Shown here in pieces: positions 1 through 9,636 of a stretch of 64,000 nt of DNA. This DNA comes from an uncultured bacterium (GTDB lineage: Bacteria > Hydrogenedentota > Hydrogenedentia > Hydrogenedentales > Hydrogenedentaceae). Position 1 is the first letter of the stretch; every line of letters begins with the position of its first letter. The position numbers and the translations under genes were made by a program. The stretch lies in assembly GCA_938014335.1 (NCBI GenBank), contig CALLRP010000044.1, positions 4,751 through 68,750 of the forward strand, read 5' to 3'. The notes under the pieces are model-generated. The model was not told where the DNA came from. It was given only the letters and a program-made list of their open reading frames with translations, and did not search any database.

Positions 1-727
1 GAAATATGCATTAGGAGCGTTAGGACATCAACATCCGAAGATGCGTAGTTCTGCTATTGATGAAGGTCGGAAAGCGGTAGATATTGCTCGCGGATTGGGT
101 ACTACAGAAGTGGTTCTTCGTTTGTATACGGACGGGTCGGATTATCCTTTCCATGTGGATTATATGAATCAATGGAATACGATAATATCCTCCGTGAAAA
201 CAATAGCTAAATATGCATCACCGGATATTAATGTATCCATATTATACAAGGCACGTGACCCGCGTAAGTATATTACGGTATCTTCTGCTGGGAGAGCCCT
301 TGCAATGTGTCAGGAAATAGCCATGAAGAATATTGGTGTTGCTTTGAGTTTTTCCCATTCTATGATAGCGGGAGAGATTCCTGCAGAATCTATTGCACAT
401 ATTTCGCGGGCGGGGAAATTGTTCCAGGTATATTTAAATGATACTTGTTTGCTATCGGATGATATGCTTGTGCCTGGTGGGTATCATTTGTGGGAACTTT
501 TGGAGACTTTGTTTTATCTGAGGACGACGAAATATAAGGGTTATATTAATCTTGATCTGCGTTCAAGTCGAATGGAACCGATATACGCTTTGCAAATTGC
601 TATTGGTAATATCATGATATTGGATAAGAAATTAGAAAAATTGGACATAACAGAGTTGCGTAAAGCACAAAGAACTTTAGATGCGACGGAAAGTCAAAAA
701 ATCATCCGTCGGGTTATGCTTATTTAA
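1..727 (+). CDS. Putative sugar-phosphate isomerase/epimerase-like TIM-barrel protein. It is 5'-partial: the reading frame is open to the window edge.
   Basis: The frame stays open from position 2 through the ATG at 41. The C-terminal motif KLFQVYLND resembles the hvHlkD motif of the xylose-isomerase-like TIM-barrel family. The assignment is weak. Confidence 0.35.
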   Translation, partial: KYALGALGHQHPKMRSSAIDEGRKAVDIARGLGTTEVVLRLYTDGSDYPFHVDYMNQWNTIISSVKTIAKYASPDINVSILYKARDPRKYITVSSAGRALAMCQEIAMKNIGVALSFSHSMIAGEIPAESIAHISRAGKLFQVYLNDTCLLSDDMLVPGGYHLWELLETLFYLRTTKYKGYINLDLRSSRMEPIYALQIAIGNIMILDKKLEKLDITELRKAQRTLDATESQKIIRRVMLI

Positions 728-795
728 TGTAATCTGAAATATAGCCGAGAAAAACAAAGGTAGGGAGATAGATATCATTATCCTGCTTTTGCCCA

Positions 796-1674
796 TTAGG
801 ATTCGAAGAAGAAAAAGCCCCACAATTTTATTCGTTGGAGGAGTGAGATTTGTGCTCCTTTTAAATTAGCACCTTCAAGGTTTGAATCGGAAAGATTAAC
901 ACCGTGGAGGTTTGCCTTTTCAAGATTCGCTCCTGTAAGGTCTGTTTGTTGCAAATAAGCATGATTATAACTGGCTTCGCTGGAATGAACATGCTTTAAA
1001 ATTGCAGCACTTAAATTGGCTCCGGATAAGTCTGCTTCTACAAGTAAGGCTTCGTGGAGGTTTGCTGCAGATAAATTGGCACCGACTAATTTTGCTTTTC
1101 GAAAATCGGCATGGGATAATTGGGCTTGTTTTAAGTTGGCATAGGTGAGGTCTGCACTTAAAAATTTTGCGGAGTTTGCGATGACTTCTCGTAAGTCTGC
1201 ACTTTTTAGTTTGGCTGCACTGAAATCGGCATCTTTTAAATTGGCACCTCTTAAGATACCCTCGTGTAATTTACAACGGAATAAGACACAATTCATTAAA
1301 TCGGCGTAGGTGAGCTTTGTTTTTTTCATTGTACAATCTGTAAGATTGGCATGGCGAAGTATTGCTTTTGTTAAGTTGGCTTCCGAAAGGTTGGCATCCG
1401 TCAGGTCGGCGGAAGTGAGATTGACACCTTCTAAATTGGCACCTTCTAAATTAGCTCGAATGAGTCTTGTCCCCATAAGACACGCCCCTTTTAAATTGGT
1501 ACACCTTAAATCTGCGTCCATCATGTCTGCCTTTGTTAAATCCAGACCTTCAAGGTTAAAATGGGGCAGGGTGATACCTGTAAGGTCAAGGTGGACATGT
1601 GGATTTAAGGCTCTCCACCGACTGATGGCTTCTGAACCTTGTTTTACTATTTCTACATGGGAAATATTCGCCAT
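796..1674 (-). CDS. Pentapeptide-repeat protein
   Basis: Almost the whole protein is tandem A(N/D)L(x)x pentapeptides (ANLEGANLEGVNLTSADLTDANLSEANL...). It is transcribed divergently from menB. Confidence 0.85.
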   Translation of the reverse strand: MANISHVEIVKQGSEAISRWRALNPHVHLDLTGITLPHFNLEGLDLTKADMMDADLRCTNLKGACLMGTRLIRANLEGANLEGVNLTSADLTDANLSEANLTKAILRHANLTDCTMKKTKLTYADLMNCVLFRCKLHEGILRGANLKDADFSAAKLKSADLREVIANSAKFLSADLTYANLKQAQLSHADFRKAKLVGANLSAANLHEALLVEADLSGANLSAAILKHVHSSEASYNHAYLQQTDLTGANLEKANLHGVNLSDSNLEGANLKGAQISLLQRIKLWGFFFFES

Positions 1675-1736
1675 AGTATTAATTCTTCTAAAAATTGTTA
1701 ATAATATTCTAATTTAATTATATAAATATTGATTAT

Positions 1737-1760
1737 AAAAATCAATATTATTATTGATTT
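1737..1760. promoter_or_regulatory. Perfect 10-bp-arm palindrome AAAATCAATA-TTAT-TATTGATTTT in the divergent promoter region. It is a candidate operator.
   Basis: Read directly in the AT-rich intergenic region between the pentapeptide gene (start 1674, minus strand) and menB (start 1936, plus strand). Confidence 0.3.
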
Positions 1761-1935
1761 TTATATTTTATTTATGAATATTAATAAATAATAAATATGG
1801 TGTATTTCGTTTGGGTTACTATGTAAGTCTATTTTTATGTGTAGTAATATAATATTTTTATACGAATGGAAGAGTTAGAGGCTATTTCGATAAAATATAA
1901 AGCCTTTAGTAAAAAGTAATTTGAGGAGTTTTGTT

Positions 1936-2766
1936 ATGAGTAATGCAAGTATTATCTGGCAGGAAGCGAAAAAGTATTCTGAAATTTTTTATCACAAGGC
2001 GGAGGGTATAGCGAAGATTACTATTAATCGTCCACATCGTCGAAATGCATTTACGCCGGTTACTTTGGATGAGATTAGCGATGCACTTGCAGATGCGCGA
2101 TTTGACTCGCAAATCGGGGTGATTATCCTTACAGGGGCGGGGGATAAAGCTTTTTGTTCGGGTGGTGACCAGAAATGTCGAGGGGAAGCAGGTTATGTAG
2201 ACCCGAGAACCGGATATCATCGTTTGAATGTGTTGGATTTATATCGTCAGATGCGAAGTTGTCCAAAACCAATAATAGCAATGGTGGCGGGGTATGCGAT
2301 TGGAGGAGGAAATATTTTGGCGATGGTATGTGATTTGACGATTGCGGCTGATAATGCTATTTTTGGGCAGACAGGGCCAAAAGTGGGTTCGTTTGATGCG
2401 GGATATGGTTCGGCACATCTGGCACGGATTGTAGGACAGAAGAAAGCAAGGGAAATATGGTTTCTTTGCAAGCAGTATAATGCCCAGGAAGCATTGCAGA
2501 TGGGGCTAATAAATACGGTAGTTCCGTTGGAGGAATTAGAGGCAACAACAGTGGCATGGTGCAGACAAATTTTGAAAATGTCACCGATTGCTTTGCGTTG
2601 TATCAAGGCGGCAATGAATGCGGACGAAGATGGGCAAGCGGGATTAACTGAATTGGCAGGAAATGCTACGATGTTGTTTTATATGACTGAGGAAGGGCAA
2701 GAGGGACGAAATGCTTTTCTCGAAAAGAGAGAGCCGAACTTTTCAAAATTTCCACGCAAACCATAA
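1936..2766 (+). CDS. menB: 1,4-dihydroxy-2-naphthoyl-CoA synthase (crotonase fold)
   Basis: Near-colinear match to E. coli MenB motifs: [72 protein letters not shown]. The ATG at 1936 is preceded by GAGGAG at 1924-1929. The ORF track starts at a TTG at 1921. Confidence 0.92.
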   Translation: MSNASIIWQEAKKYSEIFYHKAEGIAKITINRPHRRNAFTPVTLDEISDALADARFDSQIGVIILTGAGDKAFCSGGDQKCRGEAGYVDPRTGYHRLNVLDLYRQMRSCPKPIIAMVAGYAIGGGNILAMVCDLTIAADNAIFGQTGPKVGSFDAGYGSAHLARIVGQKKAREIWFLCKQYNAQEALQMGLINTVVPLEELEATTVAWCRQILKMSPIALRCIKAAMNADEDGQAGLTELAGNATMLFYMTEEGQEGRNAFLEKREPNFSKFPRKP

Positions 2767-2784
2767 TTTTTGTTGTAATATGTC

Positions 2785-3678
2785 ATGTCTACTGAAAAAC
2801 CATCACTTCTAAAAATTTTGATTTTAACGGCACGACCAAAAACATTGGGGGCGAGCATTGCTCCTGTTTTAATGGGAATAGCCCTTGCTGTTAGGGAAGA
2901 AAGGTTTCAGGGGTTTTCTGCTTTGTGTGCCTTACTGGGGGCCGTTCTTATTCAGATATTAACAAATTATGCCAATGATTATTTTGATTTTTTAAAGGGG
3001 GCTGACCGTGAAAATCGGTTAGGTCCCATACGAGCTACCAGTGCTGGATGGCTTACCCAAAAGCAAATGCAATTAGCCCTGATTGTTCTTGTTTTTATGT
3101 CGTTAATTCCTGGAGCGTATCTGATTTATCGAGGAGGTTTCCCTATTTTGATAATCGGAGTGATTTCGCTTCTTCTTGCATTTGCATATACCGCGGGACC
3201 TTTTCCGCTTGCTTATTTGGGGTTAGGAGATGTGTTCGTTCTTATTTTCTTTGGTCCTGTGGCGGTGATGGGGACTTATTATGTACAGGCATTGCATATA
3301 TCCTGGGATGGATTATGGGTGGGACTTTCTGGGGGTTGTTTTTCAGTAGCTATACTTACGGTAAATAATTATCGTGATATGGAAAATGACCGTATTGTTG
3401 GGAAACGAACCCTTGCAGTTCGTTTCGGGGGGAAGTTTGCACAGATAGAGTATGGAATGATGCTGTGCATTAGTGTAGTAATTATTCCGCTGATTTTAGC
3501 ATTAACCAATGTGGAGCAGAGGGATATTTTGTTGCTAATGGTGTTAATAATTCCCGCATTATTTTTGATACGCTCTATAATTCAACTTAAAGGAACTGAG
3601 TTGAATTTATTATTAGCCAGGACTACAAAATTGTTATTGGTATATAGTGTTTTATTTTCAGTTTTGTGGATTATTTAA
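2785..3678 (+). CDS. menA: 1,4-dihydroxy-2-naphthoate octaprenyltransferase (UbiA family)
   Basis: LRPKTL near the N-terminus, the NDYxD motif (ANDYFDFLKG), multiple transmembrane segments, and YRDMENDRIVGKRTL resembling E. coli MenA NINNLRDINSDRENGKNTL. Confidence 0.85.
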   Translation: MSTEKPSLLKILILTARPKTLGASIAPVLMGIALAVREERFQGFSALCALLGAVLIQILTNYANDYFDFLKGADRENRLGPIRATSAGWLTQKQMQLALIVLVFMSLIPGAYLIYRGGFPILIIGVISLLLAFAYTAGPFPLAYLGLGDVFVLIFFGPVAVMGTYYVQALHISWDGLWVGLSGGCFSVAILTVNNYRDMENDRIVGKRTLAVRFGGKFAQIEYGMMLCISVVIIPLILALTNVEQRDILLLMVLIIPALFLIRSIIQLKGTELNLLLARTTKLLLVYSVLFSVLWII

Positions 3679-4721
3679 TGACAAAACCCGTTTTTATCCG
3701 AAAATTATGTTTATATGAATATGAAATTCCATTGAAAACGAAGGTATTCATTCGAGGTGTCTCTTATGCAACTAAAAAAGGGTTGATTATTGGAATTGAA
3801 GATAAAGATGGAAATAAATCATGGGGTGAGATTTCTCTTTTACCGCCGACAGAAGAAAGAATAAAAAATTGTGTAAGATGGTTTGAAGAAAATTATAATT
3901 GTATTTTAGGAAATGTAGATGTTTCTTCTTACGAGATACCTCCCGAGGTAAAATTTTCTTTAATCAATGCTATTGAAGAAATTGATTCTGAGAAAAGAAA
4001 TAACGATGAGATAACTATAAAGACGAATGCTCTTCTTGCGGGGGATTATAATGTTATTATTAAAGAGGCAAAAATGAAAAATGAGGTGGGCTACTCTCTA
4101 TTTAAAATAAAATTGGGAGCGTATTCTGTAGCGGAGTCGGTTGATTTAATCACACAAATTAGAGAGATTATTGGGAGAGAAAAATATATTGTTTTAGACT
4201 TAAATTGTAAATGGGAGCTAAGTAAAACATTGGAACTTGAAGAAAGAATTTTGAGTAAAAATATCCTATATATTGAAGACCCTGTTAGAGAATTGGATGA
4301 ATTGCCTGACTATTTTAAATTAAGTCCTATTAAAGCGGGGATGGATGAATTTCTTGAAAACGGGGATTTACAAATAGAAAATATTTTTGAGGAGTTCTCA
4401 GAAAAGATAGTTTTTGTTATAAAACCTTCTGTCCTGTATGGAACAGAAATTTGGGATAAAGTAGTAAATAATAAATTATGTAAAAAAGTTTTTACTTCTG
4501 CATGGGAAACAGGCGTGGGTCTGCGGGGAGTATTAAAGGAAGTCTTCAAGTATATTGCAAATGTAGATTTTGTCGGTTTAGATACTTATTCTTTCTTTAA
4601 GTACGACATTATAGAGCCCCCATTACTTATCATGTGTCCTCAAATATCTTCAAAAATTCTTAAAGAGAAATTTGTCATTATTGAGCAAAGAATAAAATTA
4701 ATTCAAATATGGGAAAAGTAA
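3666..4721 (+). CDS. menC: o-succinylbenzoate synthase (enolase superfamily)
   Basis: It overlaps menA by 13 nt. It carries the KxK motif (FKIKLG) and other enolase-superfamily features, and it follows menA in the men operon. Confidence 0.65.
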   Translation: MDYLMTKPVFIRKLCLYEYEIPLKTKVFIRGVSYATKKGLIIGIEDKDGNKSWGEISLLPPTEERIKNCVRWFEENYNCILGNVDVSSYEIPPEVKFSLINAIEEIDSEKRNNDEITIKTNALLAGDYNVIIKEAKMKNEVGYSLFKIKLGAYSVAESVDLITQIREIIGREKYIVLDLNCKWELSKTLELEERILSKNILYIEDPVRELDELPDYFKLSPIKAGMDEFLENGDLQIENIFEEFSEKIVFVIKPSVLYGTEIWDKVVNNKLCKKVFTSAWETGVGLRGVLKEVFKYIANVDFVGLDTYSFFKYDIIEPPLLIMCPQISSKILKEKFVIIEQRIKLIQIWEK

Positions 4722-5001
4722 AGAATGTGGTTTTTCCCTTATGGTTAAGGGTAATTCAGATGTCCCGCCTGAACATAACCCACAGGCAAGACGCCTGTGC
4801 TACTTCGTTTGGAAAAACTTGAATGATAAATGAGCCCTCTGCATAAAGTGTTTTTTACTGATATGCTTTATCTATTCATCTCCTTCATCTTTGGTTCCAT
4901 TTTTTTTGTTTATTTATCCCAGTCTTTACTGGGACTATGATATTAGACTGCTTCGTGGTCTGGAAAGATAAATATCTTTCGATTCTTTTTGCCTATAGTA
5001 A

Positions 5002-5026
5002 TAGACCTCATGTAGGGTCTTTTTAT
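5002..5026 (+). terminator. Weak hairpin plus T-run (TAGACC-tcatgta-GGGTCT-TTTTAT) downstream of the men operon
   Basis: The stem is short, followed by TTTTAT. Confidence 0.25.
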
Positions 5027-5179
5027 AGATATTCATCTATCATTTTTTTCCCCTAATGAGCTAATATAAAATGAATATTTTAATCTGAGATTTCAAATGT
5101 TTTACGGGTAATCCAACGAATCAATGTCAGGGGGATATTCTTTGCTCAAGGATTTCCATTACATATTTTTGAATAATTT

Positions 5180-6589
5180 TTATGAGGCGGTGATGCGTTT
5201 GGAGCGTTCGGATGGGATGGGTTCGGGTTTTTTTACGAAAACATGTTCCATAGAGGGGAATTTTTCTAATGGATGTTTGGACTCGCTGTATAATTGGATG
5301 AGGTGAATGGTGAGGAGTAAGCGAGCGATTCTTAATTGTCGTGCATTTTGGTAATAGATACGAAAACCATGATGGCATGCTTGTTGGATTTTGTTACGGA
5401 AGGTGATGGGGGTATCGTTATGACGCTGTCCCCATGACCAGAGGTCGTCAAGGGTATTTTCTGGAGGTAATTTTTCCATTTCTTTGGCTTCGAGCATTTC
5501 ATAGCATTTTATTAATCGGTCGAACCAGAAGAGTATGGCACGATATCCTTCTTCGGATATATCAACTTCTATTTGTGCCTGGTCTATAGTTTCTTTGGTT
5601 TGTGTGTGTAGGTATGCCTCACGGTCAGGATTGGGTTCGGGAATCATACGGACCCGCATGCGTTCGAGAGAGTCTCCATAATTGAAACTTTCTAAGAGAA
5701 CAGGAATGTCAAATTTGTGGGGGGAGAGTAGGGGATATTCGTAGAGGAGTTCTGCAGAGGTTTCGTCTTGCGATAGAACTCGGTCAATTTCTGTGTCAAT
5801 CTGGAAGCAGCTGATTCGCCAATCGAACCACATATCGTGGAATAGAGCGATAAGGTGTTCTCCAATGCCTTCGGGTTCATGTTGAGTAATTGCCATATCC
5901 ACTAAATCTATGAGTCGTTCTTCTAAAAATTCTTGTGTTTTCCAGAAAATACGATAAGAGAAAACATGATGAAGTATAAGAAAGCGGTCTATGATGATGT
6001 TTGCTTTTTCTTCGGCGAGGTCGGCAATTTGTTGGAGTTTTTTTACCCAGGATAGGTTCCAATCGCGTAATTCTCGAGCCATAGTACTTTTGGGAGTAGG
6101 AGGAATTTCATCGAGGGAACCGTTATCTACATAAGGTGCTAATATTAAAGGAGCCATTTCCATTTGGAACTGTGCTGGATAATCTGCCCAGAGGATTAAT
6201 GTTTGGTCAGGTATTGAATAAAGATGGAATTTGCTGAAATCGGTCATCAAAATATAAGGGGAATGTTTTTCGGAAAACTCTTCGAGTAATAGTCGGGACA
6301 GAGGACAAAAATCAAGGTTTTTGTTTTTTATTTTAGAGGGGAGGGTAAAGAGATGTTCCGGGACAATTGCGATATGAAGCCCTTTCCCATTTTCTGTTGT
6401 GAGAAGGAAAGAGAGCGTATTTGTGTTCTTAATAATTTCTGTTTCGGGTAGAGGAACAAAGGATTTCCAACCTAATCGGTGGAAGAAATCTTCGATGTAT
6501 CGAAAACGCTCTATGCCTTGTGATGCCTGAGCCCATTTCCACCAGGATTCAGGAATCTGCAAGGAGGCACGATTATGCATAACACTCAT
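5180..6589 (-). CDS. Hypothetical 469-aa cytoplasmic protein, W/E-rich, with no recognisable family
   Basis: Long clean ORF whose start overlaps the stop of the upstream winged-helix gene by 4 nt. It has no signal peptide and no transmembrane segment. Confidence 0.6.
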   Translation of the reverse strand: MSVMHNRASLQIPESWWKWAQASQGIERFRYIEDFFHRLGWKSFVPLPETEIIKNTNTLSFLLTTENGKGLHIAIVPEHLFTLPSKIKNKNLDFCPLSRLLLEEFSEKHSPYILMTDFSKFHLYSIPDQTLILWADYPAQFQMEMAPLILAPYVDNGSLDEIPPTPKSTMARELRDWNLSWVKKLQQIADLAEEKANIIIDRFLILHHVFSYRIFWKTQEFLEERLIDLVDMAITQHEPEGIGEHLIALFHDMWFDWRISCFQIDTEIDRVLSQDETSAELLYEYPLLSPHKFDIPVLLESFNYGDSLERMRVRMIPEPNPDREAYLHTQTKETIDQAQIEVDISEEGYRAILFWFDRLIKCYEMLEAKEMEKLPPENTLDDLWSWGQRHNDTPITFRNKIQQACHHGFRIYYQNARQLRIARLLLTIHLIQLYSESKHPLEKFPSMEHVFVKKPEPIPSERSKRITAS

Positions 6590-7200
6590 AGAACATTCTC
6601 CCCTTTGGGTATATTCAATTTGTTATTTTCAATTATTCTCCATAAAAAATCTTCCCTGTTACCGAGCAAATCAACTGCACTTTGTAAGAAGTCGAGTAAT
6701 TCGGCATCCTTTTGTTCCATTTTCTCGGTGAATTTGTTAGTAGTGAGGATGGAGAGAGGAATTCCTTCAATAAATTCAGGGAAAGTATCGCCGTTTGTTG
6801 TGATAATTAGGAGTTTATTTTTGTCTGGATTAAAAAGGATGAGACGAATGGATTTATTAATATTAAGATTTGTTCGAAGTCGATCCATAGGTGAGCATAC
6901 TTTTAATACAAGAGATTGTAGAATAGGAACCAGGGGGTGGTTCTGGTCAATTTGATACCATGTCCTGTTGCCTTCTTTCCATTGATAGATAAGACCAATT
7001 TGAGCGAGTCGTTCTAATTCTCTCTGGACAGCGCGGAGAGGTAATTTTGTTGCACTTTCTACCTGGCGTTGGTAAAACATTCTACCCAAATTTGTAAAAA
7101 GTACTAAAAAGACTTTTGTTCGTGCTTCAGAGCCTAACAAAGCCTCTAATGTAGTTAAATTAAGTAAATTTTTATTTTCTTCACTAATTAATGTTTGCAT
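6586..7200 (-). CDS. Winged-helix (ArsR/MarR-like) DNA-binding protein with a ~110-aa C-terminal extension
   Basis: The N-terminal segment RQVESATKLPLRAVQRELERLAQIGLIYQWKEGNRTWYQI looks like an HTH plus wing. It is the first gene of a two-gene operon. Confidence 0.55.
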   Translation of the reverse strand: MQTLISEENKNLLNLTTLEALLGSEARTKVFLVLFTNLGRMFYQRQVESATKLPLRAVQRELERLAQIGLIYQWKEGNRTWYQIDQNHPLVPILQSLVLKVCSPMDRLRTNLNINKSIRLILFNPDKNKLLIITTNGDTFPEFIEGIPLSILTTNKFTEKMEQKDAELLDFLQSAVDLLGNREDFLWRIIENNKLNIPKGENVL

Positions 7201-7825
7201 TCAATATAGAAATATAATTAGTTAATTATAAAAAACATTTATTTTATTCAATTTTATATACAATATATCAAAAAAAGGAATGAATGTCAAATTATTTTTG
7301 ATTGTTTAATATAAAGAATTAGTTTTATATATAAGCAATAATATATAACCACTAATTATTGTAGTAGTAATAATCTTTTTTGTCGTTGAACATTAAAAAT
7401 ATCTTTATTATAATTTGTTTATTCAAATAAAAGGAGATTAGATATATTTAAAATCAATGTTATTACGGAGATTACTATCCACTAATTCCCTATTCGTTAT
7501 CAGAGAAATATTGGATTGCATGGCAGTTTAATTTGCGAAGTAAAGGAATCTGTTTTATCAGGCTTTTCGTGGTCATGAAGTATAAAACAGAACAAAACAG
7601 TTTTTTTTACATTACCTCGATGTTGATGATGTTGATAAGGAAAAGAAATATGAACTTATCTCGTTAAATAATGAAAAGGAACTTGTAGAAATGTCCGGGG
7701 AAGAATTAATGAAAAGGGTATTATTTTAGGAATTGCAGAAAAACCGAGTGTAGTCCTTATTTTCTACAAAAAGATAAATTAAAAATATTCTATATCAAAA
7801 CATCTTTATTACAGATACTTTTACG

Positions 7826-8488
7826 TTAAATTTCTATTATGTATGGTTCTGGGATATGAAATTTTTCTATGAAGACAGGGAGAAATGTTTTTGTAAATTC
7901 TGCAACGGTGGGACAGGTAAAATTGTTCAATTCGTTTTTTAGTGAGGTAACTTTTTTATCTGAAATACCGCAAGGTATGATCCATTGAAAAGGAGTTAGG
8001 TCGAGATTGATGTTTATGCTGAATCCATGCCAGGTAATACTGTTTTTTACTCCAATTCCGATAGCGGAGATTTTTCTATCTTGAACCCAAACCCCTGTGA
8101 GAGATTTTATTGTATGGGCAGAGATATGATAGTGAGCAAGAGTGTCTATGATAGTTTCCTCTAATTTTCGTATGTATTGGTGAAGGGTCATTTGGTGTGA
8201 GGCAAGGTTGAGTATTGGATAGCCCACTAATTGTCCCGGCCCATGATAAGTTATGTCTCCTCCGCGGTCTGTGTAGGTAAAAAAGATTCCTCGTTGATTA
8301 CAAACTTCTGGTGGAATAAGTAAATGTTCCTTTTGGAATTGTCGTCCTGCAGTAAAGGTAGGTGTATGTTCGAGCAGGTAAAGGCATTCGTTTACTGTAC
8401 CTTCTTTTAATTTTTCTTTCCATTCGGATTGGAGTTGATAAATGATTTCATAATTTTGAGGTTTTTTGTAGATGAATACTTCAAACAT
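7826..8488 (-). CDS. lipB: Lipoyl(octanoyl) transferase
   Basis: TYHGPGQLVGYPILNL, the catalytic region ISAIGIG and PCGI are typical of LipB. Confidence 0.85.
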   Translation of the reverse strand: MFEVFIYKKPQNYEIIYQLQSEWKEKLKEGTVNECLYLLEHTPTFTAGRQFQKEHLLIPPEVCNQRGIFFTYTDRGGDITYHGPGQLVGYPILNLASHQMTLHQYIRKLEETIIDTLAHYHISAHTIKSLTGVWVQDRKISAIGIGVKNSITWHGFSININLDLTPFQWIIPCGISDKKVTSLKNELNNFTCPTVAEFTKTFLPVFIEKFHIPEPYIIEI

Positions 8489-8503
8489 TAGGGAGCATAC
8501 TTT

Positions 8504-9598
8504 TTATGTAATAGATTTGGGGGATTGGGTATCTTGGAAATCTATTTCGGGTTTGAGGGGAATTCCTATCTCAAAGATAGCTCCTTTGGGTTGACGATTG
8601 TGGAAGTTGACCCACCCGTGATGTCCCATTACGATACGTTGAACGATAGACAACCCCAGTCCCGTTCCTCCTTTTTTCATTGTAAAGAAGGGTTTTAATA
8701 GTTCATGTTTTTTTATTTTTGCGGGGAGTCCGGGACCTTCATCTTCTACGCGAATGATAATATATTCGTTGTCTGAGTCTATGGAGATGCGAACCCACTT
8801 TTTGTCTTGTTCTAATTGCACTTCAATAGCATTACGGATAAGATTTGCGATGGCAGTAGATAATTTGTCTGCATCTGCAAATATAAATTGCAATTTTTTG
8901 GGGATTGTGTCTATTTCTATTGTTGCGGAATATTTTTTAATGATATGAGAACAGATAGTTATCGCTTTTTCAATAACAAACTCTGTAGTTTCTTTATGTA
9001 TAAATATATCCTGAGGTTTTGCGAAACTGAGAAATTGATTTACGAGTACATTTAATTGTTCGGTCTCTTTTAGTATGAGTTTCAGATTGTTCACAATTTC
9101 GGGTTTATCTGCCATTTTTTGCATTAAGAATTCAGTCATGCCAGAAATAACTCCCAGGGGGTTGCGGAATTCATGTACTATACTGGCGGTCAGGGTGCCA
9201 ATATGGGCTAATTGTTTGTTTATTTCTGCCTCATGTTGTAGTTTTTTTATTTGTGTTAAATCGGTGAATAGAAAAACGGCCCCCATAATTTTTGTTTCTT
9301 CTATAATTAAGGAACTGGTTAAACCCAGGATTGTCTCTTTCTCAGTATCAAGGGTAATCTTCCTTCGTGAGATGGGTTCTTGTTTTTCGAGTAATTCTTT
9401 ATAGATTTCAGCAAATGGATATAGCTCGGTGTGATTAAAAATGTTTTCTCCGGGGGATAAAACATCGGATTTTATATTTAAGTGTTTCAAAGCGGAAGGA
9501 TTAACAATGAGAATAATTCCTTCATTATTAATGACAAGGACACCGCTTTCCAGATTTTGGATTACGCTTCGGTATATATAGTCTATAGAATGATTCAT
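8504..9598 (-). CDS. Cytoplasmic sensor histidine kinase (PAS + HisKA + HATPase_c)
   Basis: H-box ASIVHEFRNPL, N-box LIRNAIE, G-boxes DEGPGL and GGTGLGLSIV, and an N-terminal PAS-like region. It has no transmembrane segment and no adjacent response regulator. Confidence 0.85.
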   Translation of the reverse strand: MNHSIDYIYRSVIQNLESGVLVINNEGIILIVNPSALKHLNIKSDVLSPGENIFNHTELYPFAEIYKELLEKQEPISRRKITLDTEKETILGLTSSLIIEETKIMGAVFLFTDLTQIKKLQHEAEINKQLAHIGTLTASIVHEFRNPLGVISGMTEFLMQKMADKPEIVNNLKLILKETEQLNVLVNQFLSFAKPQDIFIHKETTEFVIEKAITICSHIIKKYSATIEIDTIPKKLQFIFADADKLSTAIANLIRNAIEVQLEQDKKWVRISIDSDNEYIIIRVEDEGPGLPAKIKKHELLKPFFTMKKGGTGLGLSIVQRIVMGHHGWVNFHNRQPKGAIFEIGIPLKPEIDFQDTQSPKSIT

Positions 9599-9636
9599 AA
9601 ATTATTTCTCATTATATACATTAAGATTATAATTTT

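Noticed and set aside
1310-1717. 135-aa plus-strand ORF
   Set aside because: It lies antisense within the pentapeptide-repeat gene. Its repetitive composition mirrors the repeats on the other strand.
2247-2606. ORFs antisense to menB (and similar antisense ORFs inside menA, the histidine kinase, the 966-aa gene, murG, pepF and others)
   Set aside because: They overlap well-supported genes on the opposite strand and have no start or RBS context.
4722-5179. Possible tRNA or integration site between menC and the two-gene module
   Set aside because: No cloverleaf-compatible sequence and no GTTCGAATC-type T-arm was found, only short hairpins. No integrase is present in the window.
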